Positions 10,902 to 22,348 of a DNA stretch of 64,000 nucleotides are shown in pieces. Position numbers and translations under genes: made by a program. The stretch comes from an uncultured Acidimicrobiia bacterium. Lineage in GTDB: Bacteria; Acidobacteriota; Terriglobia; Versatilivoradales; Versatilivoraceae. Location of the stretch: positions 800,001-864,000 of the forward strand of contig CAWBAT010000004.1 of NCBI GenBank assembly GCA_963786955.1, written 5' to 3'. Below the pieces are notes generated by a model. It searched no databases, was not told where the DNA came from, and saw only the letters and a list, made by a program, of their open reading frames with translations. Position 1 is the first letter of the stretch. Each line of letters opens with the position of its first letter.

Positions 10902-11548
10902 TCAAAACCAAATCTCCATTTCTTGTTCCGGGCCGAAGAGATCTCGCATACGGAATCCCAGCTTCTTATAAACCCGGATGGCGCACAGATTTTCCACTTC
11001 AACGGAGAGCCAGACCCGGCGATATCCCTTTTCCCGGGCAAATTCCAACGTCACTTCGGTGAATTTCGTTCCAATCCCCTGATTCCGGTACTCTTGATCG
11101 ATAAAGATCGCAAATTCGGCCCGGGTAGGACTAACCGCGCAAAGAATCGTATGGCCGATCACTCGATCCTGATAGAGAGCCACCAAATTCTCCCCGCTTT
11201 TCTGGAGTTGTTCCAAGCCAACTGAGAATTCGATCGCGTCCTGTTGGCGGCAACCCTTGAGCGGCTCTCTTCGGTTCGAAGTGTTCATACATCTCGACGA
11301 GCTGTTCAAAGTTGCTTTTGGATAACTGGACTACTGCAATCTCCAGTCCCATTTTGGAGAAGAAAGATTTCAAGGGATGCGAAGTAACCGCTTAGCCTGA
11401 GACGGGCCGATTTCTTCCGTTCCGGTTGAATAGATCGAGTGATTCCTTTGCTCCAAAACCTGCTCCAATGTCTGCTGAGTCGCCTTGGTTCATATTCAAA
11501 TTTTCGGATCAGGCAGCCGTCCTCAAGAAAACCAATCCCAGTCTCCAT
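10902..11548 (-). CDS. GNAT family N-acetyltransferase (frameshifted)
   Basis: Acetyl-CoA motif YRNQGIGT and N-x-x-AIRVYKKLGF; N-terminal pieces lie in adjacent frames. Confidence 0.8.
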
Positions 11549-11728
11549 GAGTAGAATCGCAACTCAGTGTCCAAACCCGAGCGGATCGCTCCATTTTCTA
11601 AGTGCTTATTTGTCAGTGCAATTCTTAGATGAAGACAACAGCGTGGCGGGAATCAGTGTGTGGGCTCCCCCAATTTCTCAGACACGAAGGAGGGTTGAAT
11701 ATGAACAGCATCATTCAAAGGAGAGTAT

Positions 11729-13109
11729 TTATTCAAGATTGTGTTTCTTGACCTTGTAGCGCAACGTGTCGCGACTGATTTTCAGTAATTTCGCGGCTTT
11801 GGTCTTGTTGCTGTTGGCATACTGAAGAGCCTGTTGGATCAATTCTTTTTCGATAGCCTCCAATCCGGCACCTTCCGAAGGGAGCTTGATCAATGGTCTC
11901 CAGATACCCTGGATAAGGTCGTGGCTACGCTCGGATCCAGGATTCGGATGGGCAGTTCCGACACATCGATTGTTTCATGATCACCAGAATCATGGCCCGT
12001 TCGATGGCATTCTTGAGTTCGCGTACGTTACCTGGCCAGGAGTAGTTCATCAGCAATTTCATGCCCTCGGGTGTAATCCCTTGCACGTCTTTGCGGAACT
12101 GAATGTTATAACGCTGAATAAAATGTTCAATTAGGGCGGGAATATCCTCCTTGCGTTCTCGCAATGGGGGAATGACGATCGGGATGACGGATAGCCGGTA
12201 ATAAAGATCTTCCCGAAATTTGCCTTCGCTAACAACCGTTTCCAAATTGCAATTGGTTGAGGCCACAACCTGAACATTTACCGAGATATCCTTGACCCCT
12301 CCTACCCGTCGAAAGGTCTGATCTTCCAGAACCCGAAGAAACTTCGACTGCATGTTGATATGCATTTCGCTGATTTCGTCCAGGAAAACGGTCCCACCGT
12401 CAGCCATTTCAAAGACCCCCTTCTTCATGGTCTTGGCATCGGTAAAGGCTCCTTTCTCATAGCCAAAGAGTTCCGTCTCAATCAAGGTCTCTGGGATGGC
12501 GGCACAATTGAGCGCAAAAAATGGATTGTCCCGACGGGAACTCTCGTAGTGGAGCGCTCGGCTGACCAGGTCTTTTCCGGTTCCGCTTTCTCCCTGGACC
12601 AGCAACGTCGTTGTCCCAGACTGAGCGAGTCGCTTGATTAACACCAGCACATCGCGAATCGGCTTTGAGCGGCCAACAATATTCTCCAGACTAAAGCGAA
12701 TCTTGTTGGTCTTAAATGTCTGGGCTACCTGGGTTTTAAGGCGGAAAGTTTCTAGAGCGTTGCGAACAATGTTTTCAAGTTTTTCGAAATTGATGGGTTT
12801 CTCAATGAAATCATAGGCACCCAGCTTTAGGGCTTGAACCGCGACATCCACAACCCCAAAAGCCGTAATCATGATCACCGGCAGGACGGGATGGTTCTCT
12901 TTGATCTCTTTCAGCAACTCAATTCCGCTGCCATCCGGCAGCTTTATGTCGAGAGTCACGAGATCCGGTGTTTCCTGGCTAATCTTTCGCATGGCCTCCT
13001 GGATATCTTCGGCTTCCGAAACTTGGTAGCCCCAGGATCCTAGCTTTTGCTTCATCGACCATCGAATCAGCTTTTCGTCATCAACTATCAGTATGTTTTC
13101 GCGTGGCAT
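11729..13109 (-). CDS. Sigma-54-dependent response regulator, NtrC family (frameshift near 11975)
   Basis: REC domain, GESGTGKD, GAFTDA, FLDEI, WPGNVRE; Fis HTH (ISRDTLRYKVKKHNLE*) read manually to 11729. Confidence 0.92.
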
Positions 13110-13268
13110 AGTTCTCTTGCAGCCTTCTCCATCAACGAATTCGTCATCGATTCAATATTGGGTAACCTAGCCATTGCCGGGTTCTTCAGGAACTCAGCAA
13201 CCACCCCAGTTCACTCGAATATAGCCCAATGCAATTGTGGGAAGATAGCAATTTATTAAGCGAGGAGG

Positions 13269-14765
13269 TCAGCGGGACAGTGAGGGATGAAACACAGGGA
13301 TTAAAGGAAGCTCGATGATGAAACGGGCCCCCTTGTCGGGTTCGCTCTCTACCATGATTTGCCCGCCATGATTGAGAACAATTCGTTTGCAGGTTGCTAG
13401 TCCAAGACCCGTTCCGTGCTTCTTGGTGGTAAAAAAAGGGTGAAAGATTTTGCTTAGCTTGTCTTTGGGAATTCCGGGGCCATCATCTGCCACCTCTACT
13501 TGGATTTTGGAGTCGCCGAGACTCTTCACCTTTACGGTTACGATCCCGTTTGTTTCAATCGCTTCGATGCTATTTAAGATCAAATTCATGAAAAGCTGTT
13601 TTAGCTCGTTCTCATCGCCAATTAAAAATGGGATGCTTCCCAGGTGTTTCAGGCGCAGCGAGATCTTCTTTGAGTCTGCCAGCTTCTTCAGGAACGAGAG
13701 AATCTCTTTGAACAGCTCTACGAGATCGGTCCTCACGAAATCCGGGTTCCCGGGTTTCGAGAACGACAACAAGTTCATCACGCTGCGATCAATTCGCCTC
13801 ACTTCAGAGAGGACTTCGACCAGGATCGCACGGTGAGGATGATATTCCGGCAAGCTGTCGCAAATGATCTCGATCGCGCCCTTAATTCCCGCTAATGGAT
13901 TCTTAATTTCATGAGCCAATCCAGCCGTCAACTCCCCGATTGCAGAAAGCTTTTCCATCTGGGATAAATGCCGGTCCATCAGTTTCTGTTCAGTCACATC
14001 TTTAAGCACAGAGGAGAATCCGATCAGCTTCCCTTCGGGGTCTTTGATCGCCGTGCGAGTGAAGATGACATCAATGAGTTGTCGATCCTTGGTCAATCGT
14101 TGAGTTTGGTAACTGCGTAAGAAGCCTTCGTTGCGAGAGATCTTGGAGATTTGTTCGAGTTCTTTTCTTTCACTGAGATGTGGAGGCAGCAGGATATCCA
14201 AGGATTGTCCCAGCATTTCTTCCTCGGAATAGCCAAAGATCGCTTCTGCGCCTTTGTTCCAGGTGGTAATTCGCTCTCGTGCGATCGAGTGTGAAGATGG
14301 CATCTACCGAATTTCGCAGGATGCTCGCAAAAAACTGCTCTTTCTCCCGAATGACTGTCTCGAGTTCCCGGATCCGGCTCAAATCATGGCAAAGGATAAC
14401 CATCCCTTCCCGTGTCCATGGTCGGAAGGAACAACCGAAACCGAGAGTTTGACCGGAATTTCTCTACTCTCTTTTCCTCGAAGAAGCGTTTCGAAATGAT
14501 ATACCCCCTGGCGATCCTTCAAGGCAGTTGAGATCCTCTGCATCTCCTCTTCTCCTTCCGGTAGAAGCTCTCGAAAGGGTTTCCCAAGGATTTCCGCAAC
14601 CGAATAGCCCAGAAGTTCTTGTGCCCTTGGGATTGAGGGAATTTAGCAACCCTTCCGCGTCGAGGGAGAAGATGGCCTCGTCGACGACACACGACCCGGC
14701 AGTTCTCCTGGCAGATATCTTCTGAACTCGGGAAAGGAGAGTTCAATGGAGATGTCAACTTCCAT
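13269..14765 (-). CDS. Two-PAS sensor histidine kinase (frameshifted 5' part)
   Basis: AHEIKNPL, NSIEA, DDGPG and GTGLGL boxes; PAS fragments in ORFs 14170..14403 and 14464..14760; start approximate. Confidence 0.85.
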
Positions 14766-14877
14766 TGAATTGATCAGTTGGTCTCTCAGGCACGAATTCG
14801 CACCTTCATAAAATTGGGTATACTTCAAATCATGGAAACTATTTCTACCAACTGCATCACGCAAATGAGACTTCCGA

Positions 14878-15006
14878 AGTACTGCTATTCATAATTGCGG
14901 TGACGTATCTTAAGATAGGCGCCGCGTGGGGTCACGCGGCCTACAAAGTTGTAGGCCGGGTCACCGACCCGGCGTTACCGTTACCTTATTTACGAAAAGC
15001 ATTACT
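14878..15006. repeat. MITE-like element with REP-type hairpin (copy 1)
   Basis: About 27 bp imperfect TIRs (AGTACTGC...GGTGAC), internal GTAGGCCGGGTCACCGACCCGGC; inverted copy at 25143. Confidence 0.7.
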
Positions 15007-15214
15007 AAGCGGACCACTACCTGCTGAATTCTTCAGCACTTAATCTTCCAAAGCTAACCCCAATATGAAGACTGCTTGAGGTAAGGCGTACCCAGACCGT
15101 CATGTTCCCGTGGGGGATTTAGCGAGCCATTGGGTGAATTCGTCCAGGTCGGAAAAGACGTTTTTCTTCCCCGGCTGGGGAGGAACGGATTCCGGCAGGA
15201 AGAGAATAAGCGGT

Positions 15215-15736
15215 CTATTTGAGGGCTTCACGGCAAGAAGGGCAAAAGAGATTGGATTTTAGGTCAATCTGTTCTACCGAATTCGACGGGTGCATGACGC
15301 AGTCATAGGTGGAACAGTGATGTAGACCAAAAGTATGGCCCAATTCATGGATGGCTTCTTTTTCGCATCGGGCGTATAACAGATCGCGGTCTTCCGGCAA
15401 GCCGTAAAACCGCTGTCTCAACCGGCAAATGGAGATGAGAGCAGAACGGTTGCTCAGTTGAGCTTCTCCAAACACGAAGGTGAGAATGGGAATAAACAGA
15501 TCGACATCGCAAACACCCAAAAGCTTTGCCGAATCGCCATTGGTACAGTTCCGGATTTCTCCTAACAGGAGGGTAGAATAATATTGCTGTCGACCTGTAT
15601 GATAAGCAATGGCTGGGGCAATGACCTTCTTTTCCAGGCTGCATGGCATTTTCAACGTATCCGCTAAAGCCACCTGAAGCCAGGAGAGTATCTCAGAATC
15701 GACATCCCCGATACGAACGAGACGGATTTCTTGCAT
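15215..15736 (-). CDS. Archaemetzincin-family Zn metalloprotease
   Basis: HELGHTFGLHHC zinc motif followed by C-x4-CVM-x2-SNS and FCPSC; FVFGEA motif. Confidence 0.9.
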   Translation of the reverse strand: MQEIRLVRIGDVDSEILSWLQVALADTLKMPCSLEKKVIAPAIAYHTGRQQYYSTLLLGEIRNCTNGDSAKLLGVCDVDLFIPILTFVFGEAQLSNRSALISICRLRQRFYGLPEDRDLLYARCEKEAIHELGHTFGLHHCSTYDCVMHPSNSVEQIDLKSNLFCPSCREALK

Positions 15737-15774
15737 GGACTAATTCGCGGATCCTGCGCAACGATGAGCAGAAG

Positions 15775-17226
15775 TCAGTGCGGAAGACTGGCCCCCTCCT
15801 TTCGTTCTATATTCTCGGGTGATTGACCCTCCTCGCTCACTGGACCGGTTTCCCATCGATCGGCTCCTTTTGAGGCGGCCTCTCTTTTCAGTTCGTATCT
15901 CTTGATCTTGTTGTAGAGAGTCACCCGGTCAATCTCTAGCAGCCGGGCTGCTTGTGAAATATTCCAACCCGTTTCGGTCAATACACGTTGAATATGTTGG
16001 GCCTCGATCGCGGAAATTGAACGATTTCCAGGCAACTGAGGAGACCCATGAGTTTGCAGGGGAAGATCGGCTGGTTCGATCTCGCGCCCTCTGCAGACAA
16101 GGACAGCACGTTCTATGGCGTTCTGTAACTCTCTCACGTTTCCGGGCCAATCATACGCCATGAGCAATCCCATGGCATTGGGGGAAGCGCAAATTACCTG
16201 TTTGTTCATCGACACACTGTGTTTCCGAATAAAATGATCCGCTAAGAGCGGAATGTCTTCCCGACGCTCGCGAAGCGGCGGGATCGTGATTGAAAAGACA
16301 TTCAGCCGATAGTACAGATCCTCCCGAAATGTGCCTTTGGCCACCAGGTTCTCCAGATTCCGATTGGTCGCGGCAACCAGCCGGAAATCAACCGAGAGGG
16401 CCTCATTTCCGCCTACCCGGGTAATCTTCTTTTCCTCAATGACCCGCAAAAGATCAATCTGTGTCTTCAGACTGATATCCCCGATTTCATCGAGGAAAAG
16501 GGTCCCCCCATCAGCCATTTCAAACTTTCCTTTTCTCCGGTATTGGGCTCCCGTAAAGGACCCCTTTTCATGACCAAAAAGCTCGCTTTCGAGAATCCCC
16601 TCCGAAAGCGCGCCACAATTAACAACCAGGATGGGCATATATCGCCTGGGGCTATTCGCGTGGATCGCCCTGGCCACCAATTCCTTGCCTGTTCCACTTT
16701 CTCCCCGGATGAGGATCGTCGTGTCGGTGGCTGAAACCAGCATTACCTGCTCCAAGACACGTCGCATGGCGCCACTCCGTCCAACAATTTCGTGAAAACG
16801 GGACAATTCATCAATCTTTTCTCGCAATCGCAAGTTTTCAGAAAAGAGCACTCGTCGTTCTGCGGCATTCCTAACCAAGTGTTCCAGGTCATCCGGGTCG
16901 ATCGGTTTGACGACGTAGTCATAAGCACCTTGTTTCATGGCCTCCACCGCCGTTTCCACAGAGGCGTAAGCGGTCATCAGAATGATCGTGGAGTTCGGAT
17001 CAACCTTTCGTATCCTTTTTTGCAGCTCCAGCCCATCCATTCCCGGCATTTTAATATCCAGCAAATAGATATCCCATTGCTGTTGGGTGAGCTTTTCAAG
17101 AGCTTCCTTTCCTGATCCGGCCACATCAACTTGATAACCCTCTTCCTCAAACCAGCTCTTAAGAGAATCTCGCACACTCGCTTCGTCATCTGCGATTAAG
17201 ATCCGGATATTACTATTTTTTACCAT
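15775..17226 (-). CDS. Sigma-54-dependent response regulator, NtrC/AtoC family
   Basis: REC, GESGTGKE, GSFTGA, FLDEI, Fis HTH. Confidence 0.95.
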   Translation of the reverse strand: MVKNSNIRILIADDEASVRDSLKSWFEEEGYQVDVAGSGKEALEKLTQQQWDIYLLDIKMPGMDGLELQKRIRKVDPNSTIILMTAYASVETAVEAMKQGAYDYVVKPIDPDDLEHLVRNAAERRVLFSENLRLREKIDELSRFHEIVGRSGAMRRVLEQVMLVSATDTTILIRGESGTGKELVARAIHANSPRRYMPILVVNCGALSEGILESELFGHEKGSFTGAQYRRKGKFEMADGGTLFLDEIGDISLKTQIDLLRVIEEKKITRVGGNEALSVDFRLVAATNRNLENLVAKGTFREDLYYRLNVFSITIPPLRERREDIPLLADHFIRKHSVSMNKQVICASPNAMGLLMAYDWPGNVRELQNAIERAVLVCRGREIEPADLPLQTHGSPQLPGNRSISAIEAQHIQRVLTETGWNISQAARLLEIDRVTLYNKIKRYELKREAASKGADRWETGPVSEEGQSPENIERKEGASLPH

Positions 17227-17237
17227 GATGCACCTCG

Positions 17238-18893
17238 TTAGGCTTCCACTCCATGGGGTAATAACTCAGTATTCTTCTCGTGCTCGGCGTCCTGCTCATC
17301 CTTTGTTCTTAAGGGCAATCGTATGAGGAAGGCGGTCCCTTTGCCCGGACTGGACTGGACTTCAATGGTCCCGCTGTGCTGTTGAACAATGCCGTAAACC
17401 ACAGCCAAACCTAAGCCAACACCTTTTCCTTGTTCCTTGGTGGTAAAGAACGGTTCAAAAATATGTTTCTGGGTCTCTTCGTTCATTCCGATCCCATTGT
17501 CTTGGATGGTTACTTCCACAACTGACTTTTCCACGCATTGTTGGGTGCGAATTTCGAGGATACCTTCTCCTGCCGGCATGGCTTCACAGGCATTAATGAT
17601 GAGTGCAACCAGAGCCTGCCGAATCAGCTGTGCATCACAGAAGACCTGAGGAAGAGCCTCATCCAAACGTAACAAGGTCTGGAGGTTCATCAGGTCAATC
17701 TTGTGCTGAACGAGTCGCAGAGATTGTCGAATCAATTCATTCAAAGGATTCGGCTGGAGATTGACCGTGGTCTGCCGAGCAAATTGGAGGAGGTTCTTGA
17801 CAATTTCACCGCAGCGAGCCGATTCGCTGGCAATGACTTCGAGGTATTGAGTGGCGGTTTCAGCTTTTGGGAGAGTTCCCTTCTCATTTCTTATCTGTTT
17901 AAGCAGAAGCTTGGCATAGGTCAGAATCCCACTCAAAGGATTGTTGATTTCATGCGCAACGATGGCCGCCAACTTGCCAATGGAAGACATTCGTTCCGCA
18001 TAAACAATTTGCTTTTGTGCACTCTGGAGTTCTTCCGTCTTCTCGCGAATCCGGTTCTCTAGCGTTTTGTTCCATTCATCGAGCTGGCCTTTGGCACGCC
18101 GCAATTCCAGAACCATCTGATTAAATGAAGCCGCCAGCTGGCCAATTTCGTCCCGCGACGAGACCGGGATCAGTTCATCCAGATTCCCTGAGGCGACACG
18201 TTTTGTTCCCAGCGTGAGTTGCTTGACGGGCCGATAAACCATCAGCCAGATCGGTGCCCCGATCAACAATGGGATCGCAATGATCGCGAAGATAAAACTG
18301 ACCACGACACTCTGGGTTCCATCGGCGATGGCCTCGTCAACCTTGGCCATCGACATGGTCACATCTAATACGCCGAGCACTTGTTTATCGGGGGGATGAG
18401 CATGACAGTCGGAGTTGGTGCAACTCGGCTCATTCTCTATCGGGTTAATCAGCCCTAGATTCCGTTTTCCGCCCGATGCATTGTATATCCGCATCCGGTC
18501 GGGCCTTTTCAGACGGCGGAGAGGCTCCCCTTGAAAATGACAGGCCGTACAGGCTTCCGCCTGCTTGTCCACGAAGGTGCCCACCTCATTAGGATCGGTG
18601 GAATAACTGATTCTTCCATTCTCGTTATAAATGCGGATCTTGCCGATGCCGGGCTCCCCCCCGATCGTGCTAATAATGTGATAGACTTCATCGCGATGGT
18701 TCTGGAGCATGGAGTAGCGAGTACTTCGCTTAATGGTGTCGCTGATACGGTCGGCACTGACAAATACAGACTCCTCAAGATGCTGCCGGTGCAAACGAAC
18801 AACCTGCCTCCCCAACAAGACAAAGATCAAAAGCAAAACAACTACCAAGCAAATCGTGAGTCTAAGGCTGAGATTGAATGAACGGGTTGACAT
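17238..18893 (-). CDS. Membrane HAMP histidine kinase with a periplasmic heme c-binding sensor domain
   Basis: Two TM helices flank a domain with CTACH and CTNSDCH; HAMP; AHEINNPL; GVGLGL. Confidence 0.92.
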   Translation of the reverse strand: MSTRSFNLSLRLTICLVVVLLLIFVLLGRQVVRLHRQHLEESVFVSADRISDTIKRSTRYSMLQNHRDEVYHIISTIGGEPGIGKIRIYNENGRISYSTDPNEVGTFVDKQAEACTACHFQGEPLRRLKRPDRMRIYNASGGKRNLGLINPIENEPSCTNSDCHAHPPDKQVLGVLDVTMSMAKVDEAIADGTQSVVVSFIFAIIAIPLLIGAPIWLMVYRPVKQLTLGTKRVASGNLDELIPVSSRDEIGQLAASFNQMVLELRRAKGQLDEWNKTLENRIREKTEELQSAQKQIVYAERMSSIGKLAAIVAHEINNPLSGILTYAKLLLKQIRNEKGTLPKAETATQYLEVIASESARCGEIVKNLLQFARQTTVNLQPNPLNELIRQSLRLVQHKIDLMNLQTLLRLDEALPQVFCDAQLIRQALVALIINACEAMPAGEGILEIRTQQCVEKSVVEVTIQDNGIGMNEETQKHIFEPFFTTKEQGKGVGLGLAVVYGIVQQHSGTIEVQSSPGKGTAFLIRLPLRTKDEQDAEHEKNTELLPHGVEA

Positions 18894-18930
18894 CCCGGTC
18901 TCTATCCTTCAAGCCAATGGCTTCTTTTAT

Positions 18931-20535
18931 CTATTCGCTTTGATGACAAAGTTGGCAGTCCTCTTTGGTGCTGAAAGACTTTTTCCCATCATGGCAGCTC
19001 CCACATTGGTCTTCCCGATGCATATCGATCTTCTTATCCAGACGAGAAGACTTCAGGCTCGATTTCAGGATTGCAAAGCGTTGAGTGTGGCAGAAACTGC
19101 AATCCGGCCGTTTCATGTCGATGTGTGAAGCATGACGAAAAGTGACTATTCCCAGGCTCCCCTCACCCTGCGGAAAAACGATGTCGTCGGGCAGTCTGAG
19201 TTGCTTCAACCCTTCGTCGGGACTGGGTGCTGCTTCCTTCCCGGAAGCGGACACGATTGCCGGGTTAGTTCGCAATAATATTCCGCTGACAGCCAACGAC
19301 ATGCTACCGAACAGGAAAACCCCTCCAAGGGCTAGAACCAACGTTGTGCTGCTCAATAGGGGCTGCTGTAACACAACGGGCGCTAAAAACTCAGGGGACA
19401 CTTCCTCTGATCCTTTTGAACTCTCCTCTGGAAAAACGGGCAATGTTTTTATGGCGATTCTGAACAGAAGGAAACCAAGTGCCACGATACTTAAGGTCAC
19501 GGATAGTTCAGTCCAGCTGGGAAAGTACTGCCGACCCAAAGCGCCTTCCATTCCCGAGATACTGATGTTCAATCGATTCATGACAAATCCCAGGATCACC
19601 AGCACAGAAGAAACAAAAAGGCTAAAATGGTTGTGCCTTATCCGCGGGATGGCGAGCAGGACAATGGGAGCGAGTATTCCCAACACGATTTCCGCCAGGA
19701 ACATTCGAGCTTCATAGGTCGGCTCAAAAATCTCGCTCAATACACCCCTTCCTCCCAAGTCCTGAAGCTTAAGAACGAAATAGACACTCAAAGCCACGAC
19801 AATGACTTTGGCCAAGTCAGCAAGAAGATCTATCTCCAGGCGCTTCCGGAATGCGCGGTAGCTCAGGAAGGACTCGAGAATCGTCATGGCACAACCCAGC
19901 GCGATCGCTGAGATGAAGAAAAATACCGGAAGAAACGATGAATACCAGAATGGATGGAGCTTGTGAGGCACAATCAAGTAGAGCGATCCCAGCGACGACT
20001 GGTGGAGCGTGGACAAGATCACACCCAATATGACCAAGGGAATCATCACTGACTTCACGATCTTAAACGGGAGTTCCCATTTCAAGTGCTGCAATAGCAT
20101 GGGACTAAATTCGAGGGCCAGCACCGTCGTGTAGAGGGTAACGCACCACCCCACTTCGAACATCACGGAACGGGGATTCCACATCACCAGTGGGTGCCAG
20201 ATACGGTAAGGCCTACCTAGATCAAAAAGCAGCGCAATGATGACCAACAAATATCCAAGGAAGGCCGTCAAGATGGTGGGACGTACGATCGGTTTGAACC
20301 GTCGGATGTTGAAAATGTAAACACAGGCGCTGATCGTGAATCCGCCCGCCGCCAGTGCCACTCCACAGAGAATGTCGAATCCAATCCACAACCCCCACGG
20401 AAAGCTGTCACTGAGAGCCGTACTGGCTCCCAAGCCTTGAGTAAAGCGAATATAGGCGCTGTAAAGCCCGCAGGCAAAAATGAAAGAGACCAGTACCCGC
20501 CAAAATGTCAGCTTAGGAAATGACGTCCTCTCCAT
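18931..20535 (-). CDS. HybB/NrfD-family membrane protein fused to a C-terminal triheme cytochrome c7-like domain
   Basis: PWGLWIGFD, DLGRP, SVMFEV and LSTLHQSSLG motifs; C-terminal CSFCH, CGSCH, CQLCH; start MERTSF at 20535. Confidence 0.88.
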   Translation of the reverse strand: MERTSFPKLTFWRVLVSFIFACGLYSAYIRFTQGLGASTALSDSFPWGLWIGFDILCGVALAAGGFTISACVYIFNIRRFKPIVRPTILTAFLGYLLVIIALLFDLGRPYRIWHPLVMWNPRSVMFEVGWCVTLYTTVLALEFSPMLLQHLKWELPFKIVKSVMIPLVILGVILSTLHQSSLGSLYLIVPHKLHPFWYSSFLPVFFFISAIALGCAMTILESFLSYRAFRKRLEIDLLADLAKVIVVALSVYFVLKLQDLGGRGVLSEIFEPTYEARMFLAEIVLGILAPIVLLAIPRIRHNHFSLFVSSVLVILGFVMNRLNISISGMEGALGRQYFPSWTELSVTLSIVALGFLLFRIAIKTLPVFPEESSKGSEEVSPEFLAPVVLQQPLLSSTTLVLALGGVFLFGSMSLAVSGILLRTNPAIVSASGKEAAPSPDEGLKQLRLPDDIVFPQGEGSLGIVTFRHASHIDMKRPDCSFCHTQRFAILKSSLKSSRLDKKIDMHREDQCGSCHDGKKSFSTKEDCQLCHQSE

Positions 20536-20627
20536 AATTCCTCCACAATGTAAGAGGGATAAGTCTTCGTGCTCATCAGAACCCGGCCAGTTCAAGCAAG
20601 AATTGCCGCCCCTGGCTGTAAGCGCGT

Positions 20628-21383
20628 TTACTCGGACCCGGAGCTTTTGGCAACCTTTTCGCGCCGGGCTGTTATCCACCAGATTCCGCCTAGAAGCACA
20701 TTCCCCAACAAGACGAAGTTGGGTATCTTCTGCAAAACGTGCCAAGTTAGCAGAGGCAACGGCTCCTTCTCAATTTGAGTGGGATAGCCTAACTCCCCCA
20801 AAGGGACATCCGAGATCAATAGAACCGAGGTTCCCCCCACTTCCTCAAGACCATAGATATGGTTTATGTACTTTCCTGACGGAGTGGATAATCGCCGGCG
20901 CGCTTCTTCAATCAATTCTTCCCGATTCCCAAATAGGGTGGCCTGCGTGGGGCAGGCTTCCGCGCAAGCCGTGGGAAGCCCTTGAGCCAGTCGGTCAGAG
21001 CAGAGGTCACATTTTCGCACTCTGGGAAGAACTTTATTCCATTCGTATTTCGGGATGTCAAAAGGACAAGCCACCATGCAATAGCGGCAGCCTATACATC
21101 GATCTTCATAGTAGACTACGGGTCCTGCCTCGGTCTTCCGCAGGGCGGCTACCGGGCAGACGGAGGCACAAGTCGGGGTCTCGCAATGCATGCACAGACG
21201 TCGGACGAATCGACCGTGGGTCTGTTTGACGACGGTATAAGTCTCCGCCGAAAGATTATCTTTCAGGAAATCGATGCTGGATGAAGGCAGGCTGTTTCTT
21301 TCTTTACAGGCTATGTAGCAAGCTCCGCAGCCGACACAGCGCGTGCTATCGAAGAGGATTCCTTTCTTCGTCGAATTGTCCAT
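20628..21383 (-). CDS. HybA/FdnH-like 4x[4Fe-4S] protein with C-terminal TM anchor
   Basis: CVGCGACYIAC, CMHCETPTCASVCP, CIGCRYCMVACP, CDLC...CAEACP; YGLEEVGGTSVL. Confidence 0.9.
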   Translation of the reverse strand: MDNSTKKGILFDSTRCVGCGACYIACKERNSLPSSSIDFLKDNLSAETYTVVKQTHGRFVRRLCMHCETPTCASVCPVAALRKTEAGPVVYYEDRCIGCRYCMVACPFDIPKYEWNKVLPRVRKCDLCSDRLAQGLPTACAEACPTQATLFGNREELIEEARRRLSTPSGKYINHIYGLEEVGGTSVLLISDVPLGELGYPTQIEKEPLPLLTWHVLQKIPNFVLLGNVLLGGIWWITARREKVAKSSGSE

Positions 21384-21431
21384 AGGGGCGTCCTTTGACG
21401 ATCGACACACCCCCTCCCGTCTGTTGAATAA

Positions 21432-21447
21432 TGCAACTTCCCTTCCA
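21432..21447 (-). promoter_or_regulatory. Possible internal sigma-54 promoter
   Basis: Minus strand TGGAAG-GGAAG-TTGCA about 50 bp upstream of the hybA-like start. Confidence 0.45.
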
Positions 21448-21634
21448 AAGCACGTTTTGTTGAAAATCAAATCAGTTCTTTTGGAAATGGCTGACGGGCC
21501 TTAGCTTGTCTTGCTTCTCGACCCTTGAAAGCAGTCCTTCGATGACAATTCCTAGAAGGAAAGTGGGGCAAAAAGCCAAACAGCTATTGGGGTTTCGAGA
21601 GATTTGGCCGAGTCAGCGTGAGGATACCGGGGCC

Positions 21635-22348
21635 TCACGCTGTTCTCATTTTGGATTGGTCATTGTGTAAGAATTCTCTGGTGAATTTATTCCAGGTGTC
21701 ATTGTCCATCAATTCCAATACTCCACTGGTGATTTCTCCTCCATCCTGGAGGACGATTCCCAGAGCGGTATTTTCAACCGGCCTCGACAGAATGAAGTCT
21801 TGAAGCCGTCTTGCTTCGGTCTTAAGCCAGGCTAACGCTTCCTCTGCAATCAACATTTGTCTAAGATTGCTCGCAAGATTGCGGGGACGCAAGGAACAGA
21901 GCCAGCCTTCACGATATGGATCCCTTGGGACCCTGCCGAGATCTTTGGAAAGCGCTTCATTGACCATTTCTACGACTCCATCGATGGGTGCTTTGAAAGT
22001 GGCTTCCCGTTCCCCTTGGCGGAGGGTGAAAAGATCATCACCGCGCCGGAATTCCTGCCCGACCCGAGGCAGTAGGAGCTTGTCTATTGTGCCCATGGCG
22101 TACTGAGCAAATGCATCGATCCCCACATTGGCAGTTCCGTCCAGATTAAGACTAAGCCAGGTATGACCGCGATCCGTATAGATGCCTCCTGGGAGAGACT
22201 TAACCGTATCAGGAAAGTTCCAAGGACTTCTTTGAGCTGGCTTGGGTCCAGAAGCCGCCTCTAGGCGTTTGAATTCTGATTTCTGTACGAGGGCGTCCAC
22301 CAGAATAAATGCTACGATCGTGAAAATAACAAATATGGCAACCATCAC
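21635..22348 (-). CDS. Membrane-anchored GcvH-like protein without the lipoyl lysine
   Basis: N-terminal TM helix; HTW, VGIDAFA, APIDG and DPYREGW motifs; ESVK replaced by RQGE. Confidence 0.8.
   Translation of the reverse strand: MMVAIFVIFTIVAFILVDALVQKSEFKRLEAASGPKPAQRSPWNFPDTVKSLPGGIYTDRGHTWLSLNLDGTANVGIDAFAQYAMGTIDKLLLPRVGQEFRRGDDLFTLRQGEREATFKAPIDGVVEMVNEALSKDLGRVPRDPYREGWLCSLRPRNLASNLRQMLIAEEALAWLKTEARRLQDFILSRPVENTALGIVLQDGGEITSGVLELMDNDTWNKFTREFLHNDQSKMRTA

Noticed and set aside
20536-20745. Overlap of the hybB-like ORF with the hybA-like gene
   Set aside because: ORF-caller upstream extension; the RBS-supported start is 20535.
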